A stretch of DNA of 46,626 nucleotides from Candidatus Eiseniibacteriota bacterium (GTDB taxonomy: Bacteria > Arandabacterota > Arandabacteria > Arandabacterales > Arandabacteraceae). How positions within the stretch are numbered: position 1 is the stretch's first letter; the number at the start of each line of letters is the position of its first letter. Location of the stretch: positions 1 to 46,626 of the forward strand of contig JBDRNT010000128.1 in assembly GCA_043810925.1 (NCBI GenBank), in the 5' to 3' direction. The notes under the pieces are model-generated. The model worked only from the letters and a program-made list of their open reading frames with translations, was not told where the DNA came from and ran no database searches. A program made the translations under genes and the position numbers. Of this stretch, positions 9,038 to 17,450 are shown piece by piece.

Positions 9038-11376
9038 GGCTTCTTCAGGTCTTCGTGGAGAGCGAGAAACACGTTTTCGGGACTCAGGGGGAGTGCCTTT
9101 ATCCGCTTACCCGTTCCATTGAAGAGCGCGTTGGCAATCGCCGGGGGCACCGATATCATGGGATGCTCGGCAACACCCCGTGCGCCTAGCGGGCCTTTAT
9201 CATGCGGGGTCTCAACGAAGATCTGTCTCATCTCCCGCGGGACGTCCCTTACGGTCGGGATCTTGTAGTCCGTCAGTGAGTCGTTAAGCAGGTGACCTTC
9301 GCTGTCGTACACATACTGTTCGATAAGAGCGGTCCCGACTCCCTGGACTCCCCCGCCAATCACCTGTCCCCTGCACAGTCCCTCGTTTATTATGCGACCG
9401 ACATCAAAAGCGGATATGAGCTTCGTAACTTCAATCTCACCCGTCCGCGTGTCGACTTCGATCTCGACCGCATGGGCTCCGTAAGTCCAGCAAAGCGCGG
9501 GCAGACCCTGGCCGGTTTCGAGATCAAGGTTGGTGAGCCCCTCGGCCACGTAACTGCCTCTTCCTATGACCGGGCCGCCGATCGAGTTGCCGTTGGGGAA
9601 CATGTAACCCATGACCACCTTCTTGTAGTCGAGCCCCCTGGCCGTGTCGCCCTTGACAAAGACACGCCCGTCTTCGACATCGAGATCGTCCTTATCCACA
9701 CCAAGCGCCTTGGATGCAGTCGTCTTGATCTGATCGATCGCATCCTCGGCGGCTCTTAAGATACAGAGTCCTCCCATAACCGTAAGGCGGCTTGCCACCG
9801 TCTGCCAGTCATAGGGGTTGTAGTCGGTGTCCTTAGCCCAGATGAAGTGAATCTTCTCAAACGGGAGTTTGAGCGCGTGGGCCGCTATCTGGCTTAAGGA
9901 AGTCGCGGTACCCTGACCGTAGTCGACACCGCTTACGAGTAAATCGACAGTTGTATCCTCATTGAACTTCATGATCGCCGCTGAAGCCGTATTGGGGGGC
10001 ATCGCCGGGGCCTTGTGTAGCACCGCAATCCCCTTTGCCCTCACCTTGCCGTCAGCCCTCTTTGCGGGAGCGGTCTCCTTGCTCCATCCTATCTCCCTCG
10101 TCACCTCCTCGAGACACTTCCGCACACTGCCCGTATGCTCAGTTATCTTCTCACCCGTTATGGTCGTTGATCCTATATCGAGAAGGTTCTTCATTCTGAA
10201 GTCGACGGGATCCATGTCGAGCTCCCTTGCAACAATGTCCATCTGGGATTCGATGGCCCAGAAGAGCTCGACATGACCGAAACCTCTGTAGGCGGTACCG
10301 AAGGGTTTGGAGGTGTAGACGGTGTATGAATCGAGTTTGACGTTATCTATATCATATGGACCTGCACCCGAATAACCCGACGCCCTGCCGATGTTGACCC
10401 CGTAGTCGGCATAGGCACCCGCATCCCAGATGTACTCGATCTCTTGCGCCACGATCCGCCCTTCGCGCGACACACCCGTCTTTATCTTCGCATGAAGTCC
10501 CTGGCGGCACGGAAGGGTGATAAACTCCTCCGTCCGTGTCGCGGTCACTTTGACCGGTTTAAAACCTGCGGCCTTGGAGAGAAGTGCAACAAGCGGCTCA
10601 AGATGGATACCGGCCTTGCCGCCGAATGCACCACCGAGATACGGCACCACCACGCGTATGCGGGCATGCGATATACCGAGCGCCACGCTCAGGAGGTTCC
10701 TCACAGCAAACGGTGACTGTGCGGATGTCCATATCTGGATATTTCCGGTCGGCTTCCAGTGGGCGATACTCGAATGGGTCTCGAGCGGGACATGCTGGAC
10801 CTGGGGCGCGTAGAACTCGTTTTCTACAATCTTGTGGCTTTCCTTAAAACCGGCTTCGACATCGCCTTTTCGCAGTTGGAACCGGTTGGCTATGTTGGTG
10901 CCTCCCATGGGGCAGAACACACCCTTCACGCATTCGTAGGTGTGAAGCTGTTCGTGGACAAGTGGAGCATCGGGCTCAAGCGCCTTCTTCGCATCGAGCA
11001 CCGGTTCGAGCATCTCGTACTCCACATCGATAAGACCCGCGGCCTCATGCGCGATCTCCTCACTCACAGCAGCAACGGCCGCCACAGGCTCTCCGAAGTA
11101 ACGCACCTTCTCTGAAGCGAGGATGGGCTTATCGATCATGTAAAGACCGACACGATACGGGAGTTCCGCGCCGGTGAGCACCGCCTTGACACCCGGGAGG
11201 CTTCGTGCCCTGTCGACATTGATGCCGACGATCTTTGCATGGGCGTGGGGACTTAGGAGCATCCTTGCATAGAGCATACCCGGCAACTTCATGTCGGCCG
11301 TATAGACGGCACATCCCGTCACTTTCTCAAGCCCGTCTATTCTCGGTATCGACTTACCGATCAGATCATCTGCCAC
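9034..11376 (-). CDS. Xanthine dehydrogenase family molybdopterin-binding large subunit
   Basis: KVTG.A.Y..D, SPHAHA, GGAFGGK, AYRGFG, GQGT, DYKIPT, RGVAEHP; GTG 11376 after GGGAGA. Confidence 0.95.
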   Translation of the reverse strand: MADDLIGKSIPRIDGLEKVTGCAVYTADMKLPGMLYARMLLSPHAHAKIVGINVDRARSLPGVKAVLTGAELPYRVGLYMIDKPILASEKVRYFGEPVAAVAAVSEEIAHEAAGLIDVEYEMLEPVLDAKKALEPDAPLVHEQLHTYECVKGVFCPMGGTNIANRFQLRKGDVEAGFKESHKIVENEFYAPQVQHVPLETHSSIAHWKPTGNIQIWTSAQSPFAVRNLLSVALGISHARIRVVVPYLGGAFGGKAGIHLEPLVALLSKAAGFKPVKVTATRTEEFITLPCRQGLHAKIKTGVSREGRIVAQEIEYIWDAGAYADYGVNIGRASGYSGAGPYDIDNVKLDSYTVYTSKPFGTAYRGFGHVELFWAIESQMDIVARELDMDPVDFRMKNLLDIGSTTITGEKITEHTGSVRKCLEEVTREIGWSKETAPAKRADGKVRAKGIAVLHKAPAMPPNTASAAIMKFNEDTTVDLLVSGVDYGQGTATSLSQIAAHALKLPFEKIHFIWAKDTDYNPYDWQTVASRLTVMGGLCILRAAEDAIDQIKTTASKALGVDKDDLDVEDGRVFVKGDTARGLDYKKVVMGYMFPNGNSIGGPVIGRGSYVAEGLTNLDLETGQGLPALCWTYGAHAVEIEVDTRTGEIEVTKLISAFDVGRIINEGLCRGQVIGGGVQGVGTALIEQYVYDSEGHLLNDSLTDYKIPTVRDVPREMRQIFVETPHDKGPLGARGVAEHPMISVPPAIANALFNGTGKRIKALPLSPENVFLALHEDLKKP

Positions 11377-11842
11377 GTTGCTTCTCCCGGGAGGCGGCAT
11401 CAAGGACCGCCGCCACTATGGGTTTGTAGCCCGTGCACCGGCACAGGTTGCCGCAAATCGCCTCGGTGACGTCCTCCTCGGTCGGGTCGGGGTTTCTCAT
11501 GAGGAGCGCGCGGGCGGACATGAGCATACCGGCCGTACAGAACCCGCACTGGATCGCCCCATTGTCTAGGAAGGCCTGCTGAAGTGGGCTTAGCTCACCA
11601 CCGGGTGCTTCACCCTCGATGGTCCTCACCTGCCGGCCGTCGATCTCGCGCGCAAGCACCAGACATGAATTTACCGGGATACCGTCTAGTAAGACCGTAC
11701 AGGCGCCGCATTCACCCTTGCCGCAACCTTCCTTGGTCCCCGTGAGCGCAAGATCCTCACGGAGCACCTTAAGGAGCGACCAGTTATCCTCAACACTGAC
11801 TGATATGCTCTCGCCGTTAACCTTGAACGTGATTACCTGCAC
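11366..11842 (-). CDS. Xanthine dehydrogenase family 2x[2Fe-2S] small subunit
   Basis: GTKEGCGKGECGACTV, NSC, QCGFCT, NLCRCTGY. Confidence 0.96.
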   Translation of the reverse strand: MQVITFKVNGESISVSVEDNWSLLKVLREDLALTGTKEGCGKGECGACTVLLDGIPVNSCLVLAREIDGRQVRTIEGEAPGGELSPLQQAFLDNGAIQCGFCTAGMLMSARALLMRNPDPTEEDVTEAICGNLCRCTGYKPIVAAVLDAASREKQRGR

Positions 11843-12687
11843 TACGTACCACCCTGCTTGAGTCTTCGTTTCAAGAGATCAAGAATCTCGCCCGTCATAA
11901 ACTCGGCCATACGTTTCCTGTAAAGACCCGAACCTCTTACATCATCTATGGGAGCTATTGCCCGGAGAACTGTATCGATCACCTGCTGCCTGTCATCGAC
12001 ACCTGCTCCCTTGAGGCCGTCTATAAGAAGCGGTGTTGTCCCGACGGCGCCTAAGGCCAGCCTCAGGCCCCCACCGTTTCCGATTGCCCCGGCAGCATTC
12101 ACGACTGAAAGATCGTGACCGCGGATTCGGCCCTGCTTAAGAAACGCCGACACCGTACCGGACGAGGGTGGGATCACGACTTCGGTTACGACTTCACTCA
12201 CTTCGCAGCAGGTCGTCTTGACCCCGCTGAAGAAGTCCTTGAGTGAGACAAGCCGCGCGCCCTGCTTCGACACGAGCCTGAGCTGAGCGTCAAGCACGAG
12301 GAGCGGTGGACCCAGATCGCAGGCAGGCGACGCATTACACAGGTTACCGCCCACCGTAGCCCGGTTTCGTATCTGGTAGGTCGCAAGCACCGATGCGGCC
12401 TCATGAATCGCCTGCATGGGGCCCGTCATTGTGTCGGATTCTGTGAGCTGGTTCACAGTAACACATGCACCAATAAGTAGAATGCCGTCTTCGGTAAATC
12501 CGATAGTGTGGAGCTGAGCGATGCCCTTGATATCTACCAGGCACTCGGGCGCATGCACACCTTCGTGCATACCGATCAGGAGATCCGTCCCTCCGGCAAG
12601 GATACGCGTGCTGTCATCGCAGTCCCTAAGAAGACCAAGCGCTTCATCGAGAGTCCCGGGCCTTAGATAGCGAAACTTGGGAAGCAT
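11842..12687 (-). CDS. Xanthine dehydrogenase family FAD-binding medium subunit
   Basis: AGGTDL, QIRNRATVGGNLCNASPACD, PIDDVRGS..YR. Confidence 0.95.
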   Translation of the reverse strand: MLPKFRYLRPGTLDEALGLLRDCDDSTRILAGGTDLLIGMHEGVHAPECLVDIKGIAQLHTIGFTEDGILLIGACVTVNQLTESDTMTGPMQAIHEAASVLATYQIRNRATVGGNLCNASPACDLGPPLLVLDAQLRLVSKQGARLVSLKDFFSGVKTTCCEVSEVVTEVVIPPSSGTVSAFLKQGRIRGHDLSVVNAAGAIGNGGGLRLALGAVGTTPLLIDGLKGAGVDDRQQVIDTVLRAIAPIDDVRGSGLYRKRMAEFMTGEILDLLKRRLKQGGT

Positions 12688-12813
12688 GCCTCTCCACCGT
12701 ATGCATGACCAATAACTTGCAAATGCGTTTCGAATAGCGTAAACTTTATTCCCTCAAGTTTCAAGGGATTTTACGATGGATAAGGGTTTGATAGCCAATA
12801 AGGAGACAGTGAA

Positions 12814-13488
12814 ATGGACCCGAAAGAAGCCATGCTGAGACCCCCGGAGAAGGCGCTCCCGCCGTATCCGGCCAAGTTCGTGAACCTCAAGAACGGTGAG
12901 AAGATGGTGATCCGCCAGGCCTCGCGTGAAGAGGTACCGGCCCTGCTCAAGGCCGTCTCTCCGCTCATTAAGGTCGAGCGCGATTTCTACGACATCGTGG
13001 GGGCCCGGACCTACGCGGAGCTTCTCGGGTGGAAGCTCTACAGGGTGCGGGATGAGTACTGCCTGGTGGGTCTCATCGACGGTGTTATTGTCGGGCAGGT
13101 AAACGGCCGGACAATGAACGATGATATCGGGGTCAGCTATCATACGATCGCGATGAGACGGGGACTGCGTATCGGAAGCCTCCTCTTCGCCGCTAAGATG
13201 GAGTACCACCTGGAACACCTGGGGCAGAAAGAGGTCTACATCGTGGCCGAAAGCCCCATAGGTTTCCAGAGATGGATGACCGAGTACGGTCTTGAAGAAC
13301 GCCCCGACGTCCAGCACGAACTCGGCGGGGTCATGTCCTGGTCGCTTACGAAGGAACTTTACTTGAAGGCCAAGGACCGGCTGGTTCTGGGCGAGCGCCC
13401 GGTTCCTGAGGAGTTGCTTGAAACTTCTAAGAAGATCACGGTGCCCGATGCTGATACACTTGTTATGCAGATAACCGGGAAGGTATAA
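12814..13488 (+). CDS. GNAT-like N-acetyltransferase, divergent from the XDH operon
   Basis: AAGGAG RBS; motif-A-like RRGLRIGSLL with GNAT-type strand/helix pattern (MVIRQAS, LVGLIDGVIVG, EVYIVAES). Confidence 0.7.
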   Translation: MDPKEAMLRPPEKALPPYPAKFVNLKNGEKMVIRQASREEVPALLKAVSPLIKVERDFYDIVGARTYAELLGWKLYRVRDEYCLVGLIDGVIVGQVNGRTMNDDIGVSYHTIAMRRGLRIGSLLFAAKMEYHLEHLGQKEVYIVAESPIGFQRWMTEYGLEERPDVQHELGGVMSWSLTKELYLKAKDRLVLGERPVPEELLETSKKITVPDADTLVMQITGKV

Positions 13489-13492
13489 GCAT

Positions 13493-13864
13493 ATGGTATC
13501 GATGATTTACGGTATGTCGCGGGTCGTAATGTGTTTTCTGCTTTCGATACTCGTCTCCACGATCGTGATCAGAGCGGGACTCAGCCGCATGGCAGAGATC
13601 AAACACAAACCGTTTCCGACAACGGGATTCTGGATAGGTTTCTTCGAGACCATACTCGTCTTCGCCTTCGTGCTTGAACGCGAGATGACGGGACTGGCAA
13701 TCATTGTGGCTGCCAAGCAGTTCCTGGGACCCAGGACGGATACGACCGAGCAGGACCGCATACGCTATCGGCTGGGGTCGCTGATGAGCGTGGCGATTGC
13801 GGTGATCTTCGCCATCATCGCAAGGGCGTGGGTCTCCCACCTTTTGTGGGTCCTGATGGCCTAG
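13493..13864 (+). CDS. Small membrane protein (DUF3307 C-terminal-like)
   Basis: 3-4 hydrophobic segments; G.WIG.FE.IL...AAK...Y.LGSL.S pattern. Confidence 0.65.
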   Translation: MVSMIYGMSRVVMCFLLSILVSTIVIRAGLSRMAEIKHKPFPTTGFWIGFFETILVFAFVLEREMTGLAIIVAAKQFLGPRTDTTEQDRIRYRLGSLMSVAIAVIFAIIARAWVSHLLWVLMA

Positions 13865-13880
13865 AGGCTGGGGTAAAACC

Positions 13881-14013
13881 TGGGGTCAGGCTTTGAATTC
13901 TGGAATCAGACTTCTTCAGCACTGCTGATATGGGATTCCTGAATTCAAGACCCGGTCAGGCCAGCTGAGCATTCTCCCCACGACCTGATTCCAGAATTCA
14001 AAGCCTGACCCCA
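13881..14013. repeat. Long inverted repeat (29 bp perfect arms), REP/REPIN-like
   Basis: TGGGGTCAGGCTTTGAATTCTGGAATCAG (13881-13909) and exact reverse complement (13985-14013); degenerate internal copy GATTCCTGAATTCAAGACC at about 13934-13952. Confidence 0.92.
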
Positions 14014-17000
14014 TTACCGCAATACCAGCATTTTGCGCGTCGCGGTGAAGGTGCCGGCCTCTATCTTGTAAAAGTAAACGCCGCTACTTGCGCGTTCACC
14101 TGATGAGTTAAGGCCATCCCAATGGGCTGAGTGCAAACCGGGTCCCCTCGTCCCGTCTTCCAAAACCCGCACCATCTGCCCGAGGGCGTTATAGACCTTG
14201 AGATCGACGCGGCAGGCCCGTCCTACCTCATAGCTTATGCTTGTAGGTCCCAGGCAGGGATTGGGTACATTCTGGGCCAGCATCCACTTATAGATTTCAT
14301 CCGGGCCCACAACATCGGCTGGACCACCCCCCGAAGATGGCAGACCGAAGATATCTTCGAGAATCACCCGCATCAACTCGACCCGGCCGTCATAAGTGCC
14401 TGCATCGAAATCAGGAGCCGCAGCCGGAGCATCACCACTACAGTAGGTCCGTTCATGGTTCGCAGTCGCGCAGAGATCGAAGTCGACAAACACACACTGA
14501 CCCACGCCCTGAGACTCAACGTAGATCGCCGCATCCGAAGGATCATACGCCGGGGCCGGATTGAGTAAACGGAGCAGTGTCTGGGCCGTGTAGCCCGTCG
14601 GAGGCGAGCTATTCGCAACGACATAGGACATGTCCTTGAAATACGGGCACTCCCGGTAAAATAGAAGCGTGTCAAGATCGATCCCGACGGGACCGCCAAG
14701 CACCTGAAGCGTTTCGACACCGGCCGCATAAAGATGTGGCTTCTCGAATGCGCCTTCCATTTCCCCAAGATATGTGCAACCCATGATGCCGTCGAGGAAC
14801 TCACCACCAAGCGAATCCTCACCGACGCCACCCTGTGCCGGATCGGCCATGTTATATGCTATCCTGTCCCCGCAAAGCACCACCTTACCGCCAACGGCCA
14901 GATAGTCCCTTATGGCCTCCTGCGCTTCCGCATCAAAGAGGTAATTCGAGAAGTACGGCCCGCAGAACCAGACAATCGCATCATAGTGAGCACCGAACTC
15001 GATCGGATGTACATGAACGTTGCTGCCCGCTCCGCTGATGTCATACTTATCATAACAGTAGCCGGCATCGGTAAGTGTCTCCTCATATATGTCCTCAAGC
15101 GGCTTCTTGTCGGACAGTTCGGTCACGCACGGTGCGTAATCGTAGTTCTTCCTGCCGTAGCCATCCACCAGAAGTACCCTCGGGCCGGTATAGGTCACAG
15201 GATACATCGGAAGGATCGAGAAATCGTGGTAGTCTCCTACCTTACCCGTGTGGTAGGGGCTCGATGGGTCCGCTGTTCCCGGGAAGTATCCTTCATTACT
15301 CAACTCATCCGTGGCCTTTACGTAGTACCACACCTCGGTACCCGCTACCCAGGTATCGAGACCGAAGTCATCCGGGCAGAGCGTACCGTAGTACTCGCCT
15401 CCAAGTTCGGGTCGGGTCGGGTAAAACGGTACATTCATTTCCATGCTCACGGATACCCAGCCGGCACCGCCATCGACGCTGCCGTAGAGCTCCACGCTTG
15501 TGAGGCTATCCTTGTCCGACACATCCAGGTAGAGTTGATCGGTCTTCCGGATTCGCACATCGTCATAAGGCGGACCCGAATAGTGATCGATCGTATCAGG
15601 ATTATAAACATCAAAGGACGAGTTGTAGCCGCAGAGATTATCGCAGAACGTATCCTGGAGCATATCGATTGTGCGTGCGCTGAAGAGTGTCGCATGAGCG
15701 TCGTAGAATCCTATGGATACGTTGTCCACAATGAACTCCGTACTCGTATGTTTGCCGCGGCAGAAGTCAGTCGGCGCCGACACGTCCTGAAGGTCCCAGG
15801 CAAACTGCATCGAGTCGGGGGTCGAGGTGTACCAGTAGCTCACATCCTCGGTGCGATTGAAGTTCCAGAAGAAGCAGCCGCCACAGATCCAATAGTCATA
15901 GCTCTTCCAAGGGCACCATCTCGCGAAGTCGCTGTCATAGAAGCGGACCCTGACGGCGCTATAGTCGCAGGTGTATTCCAGGGTGCATCTATAATCATCA
16001 TACTGAACGACACAGCCGCTGTTTGCCATGGGCATACTCGGGGACATCAGTCTGTAATACCATCCGTTCCTCCATGGTGCGCCGCCGGTATAGCCGCTCT
16101 CAGGTCGTCCTCGGAAGGTGGTTGATGAATCAAGCGTGCATGTTGTCCGATTGCCACCATCACCACCTTCGTATGGCGGGTCGGCATCATGTACCATATG
16201 CCACAGGTCTATCACGCCATCCGGATCGGGTAGGCTCCAGTAGGCCGGATCCAGGATGCCGGTTTCGAAATCCTCGGCATAACGTTCACTGTCACCCCAT
16301 ACCCAGACATTATCGATGAAGGCGCCACCGTCGGTGTTGCCTCTCCCGTCTTGATCACTCCAGGCCCCGTCCGACACAAACCTCCATCTGAACCTAGGTC
16401 CCGAATCCAGAACGAGCGTATCTGGAGTTACCACTCTGTAGAAGGCGGGCTCCGCGGGAATGGGCCGCTCCTGCCAATTCGCATTATTGGGCTGCCCCCC
16501 ATCGGTGTTACCCCAGTAGTCGGGATTGCCACCCCCGGGAGCACCACACTCGCCGCCGGGGTTGTTGCTTGTAGCGTTAAACGTCGCAAGTGTTACCCAC
16601 ACCGAATCATTCCATATATCGAGATAGAAGTAGTCGTACTTGCACTCCATATCGTACCGGGGATCGAAAAGCAGCGTACAACCGTTGGCGACGTTAAAAG
16701 TGTCCGGAAGCGTGAGTTGGACAATACAGTTCCACTGATTGCCATAGCCGGGGGTCTTGCCGGGAGACCAGGTGCCGCACTCAACGGGATAGCCGTCCGT
16801 CCAGAGTGAATCGGATCCACACCAGAGCGCGCAATCCCCGCAGTAGGCACGCTGGTCGGCGCGATAGGTATCAAGATGCCAGAAGTTTATGTCCGTCGGG
16901 GATGACTGCGCCCTTACATCCGTGTGTGAGAAGCATCTCGAATCCCACGGCGGGTTGGTCCCGCAGGAGTCGCCTCCCTCGAAACACCAGGTCTCAAGCG

Positions 17001-17253
17001 GTCCCGGACCTCCGGTTGCCTCTCCACCGTGACCCCACCACGGATCACCGGGACAGTAAGTGGAACCTGTGTGCACCTGCACCCAGGCCGTATCACCACT
17101 CGAGGAGAGGACAAACGGGGCGGCGATTTGAGCGGATGCGAGTGGTTTTATCGGTGGATTGGTGTGCCACACGCACTCCGATCTTGCGAGAGCCACTGCG
17201 CAGGCTATAAGAATGCAAACCAAACTGATTCCAATTACCCTGATTGCTCCCAT
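14014..17253 (-). CDS. Large secreted Cys/Trp/Asp-rich multidomain protein with C-terminal FlgD-Ig/T9SS-like domain
   Basis: AGGAGGTG RBS before ATG 17253; signal peptide; jelly-roll-like segments (FRWRFVSDGAWSD, FIDNV); alpha/beta domain (VLLVDG...YLAVGGKVVLCG); C-terminal QNVPNP...VYNALGQ...SGVYFYKI...KMLVLR. Confidence 0.88.
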   Translation of the reverse strand: MGAIRVIGISLVCILIACAVALARSECVWHTNPPIKPLASAQIAAPFVLSSSGDTAWVQVHTGSTYCPGDPWWGHGGEATGGPGPLETWCFEGGDSCGTNPPWDSRCFSHTDVRAQSSPTDINFWHLDTYRADQRAYCGDCALWCGSDSLWTDGYPVECGTWSPGKTPGYGNQWNCIVQLTLPDTFNVANGCTLLFDPRYDMECKYDYFYLDIWNDSVWVTLATFNATSNNPGGECGAPGGGNPDYWGNTDGGQPNNANWQERPIPAEPAFYRVVTPDTLVLDSGPRFRWRFVSDGAWSDQDGRGNTDGGAFIDNVWVWGDSERYAEDFETGILDPAYWSLPDPDGVIDLWHMVHDADPPYEGGDGGNRTTCTLDSSTTFRGRPESGYTGGAPWRNGWYYRLMSPSMPMANSGCVVQYDDYRCTLEYTCDYSAVRVRFYDSDFARWCPWKSYDYWICGGCFFWNFNRTEDVSYWYTSTPDSMQFAWDLQDVSAPTDFCRGKHTSTEFIVDNVSIGFYDAHATLFSARTIDMLQDTFCDNLCGYNSSFDVYNPDTIDHYSGPPYDDVRIRKTDQLYLDVSDKDSLTSVELYGSVDGGAGWVSVSMEMNVPFYPTRPELGGEYYGTLCPDDFGLDTWVAGTEVWYYVKATDELSNEGYFPGTADPSSPYHTGKVGDYHDFSILPMYPVTYTGPRVLLVDGYGRKNYDYAPCVTELSDKKPLEDIYEETLTDAGYCYDKYDISGAGSNVHVHPIEFGAHYDAIVWFCGPYFSNYLFDAEAQEAIRDYLAVGGKVVLCGDRIAYNMADPAQGGVGEDSLGGEFLDGIMGCTYLGEMEGAFEKPHLYAAGVETLQVLGGPVGIDLDTLLFYRECPYFKDMSYVVANSSPPTGYTAQTLLRLLNPAPAYDPSDAAIYVESQGVGQCVFVDFDLCATANHERTYCSGDAPAAAPDFDAGTYDGRVELMRVILEDIFGLPSSGGGPADVVGPDEIYKWMLAQNVPNPCLGPTSISYEVGRACRVDLKVYNALGQMVRVLEDGTRGPGLHSAHWDGLNSSGERASSGVYFYKIEAGTFTATRKMLVLR

Positions 17254-17321
17254 GGCGTGCCACCTCCTGACCATCCGGGCATAAGGCCTGTAGAAAACCC
17301 GCACATGTACCTACGATATTG

Positions 17322-17350
17322 ATTATACCATATAGTCCGCAAAACGTAAA
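17322..17350 (-). promoter_or_regulatory. Putative sigma70 promoter for the 14014-17253 gene
   Basis: Minus strand TTTACG, 17 nt, TATAAT with TG extended -10. Confidence 0.6.
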
Positions 17351-17357
17351 CACAGCG

Positions 17358-17376
17358 ATTTGCGCGAAGCGCAAAT
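17358..17376. terminator. Short hairpin, possible terminator of the DUF3160 gene
   Basis: ATTTGCGC-GAA-GCGCAAAT; followed on the minus strand by an imperfect T-rich tract. Confidence 0.4.
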
Positions 17377-17381
17377 GCGTT

Positions 17382-17450
17382 GGGGTCAGAGCTAAAAAGG
17401 TGACATCTTGGGGTCTGACCCCAAGATGTCACCTTTTTAGCTCTGACCCC
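17382..17450. repeat. 69 bp perfect palindrome (34 bp arms, 1 nt centre), REP-like
   Basis: GGGGTCAGAGCTAAAAAGGTGACATCTTGGGGTC-T-GACCCCAAGATGTCACCTTTTTAGCTCTGACCCC. Confidence 0.95.

Noticed and set aside
9034-12687. Aerobic CO dehydrogenase (coxLSM) or 4-hydroxybenzoyl-CoA reductase
   Set aside because: The active-site loop is AYRGFG, not AYxCSFR or AYRGAGR; the FAD subunit lacks the extra 4Fe-4S insertion.
12700-12725. Sigma54 promoter in the XDH/GNAT intergenic region
   Set aside because: TTGC is present but the invariant GG at -24 is missing.
14734-16125. 463 aa plus-strand ORF, and similar long shadows such as 6211-7110, 3314-3973 and 38038-38730
   Set aside because: Antisense to well-supported genes, with no motifs or RBS; expected in GC-rich DNA.
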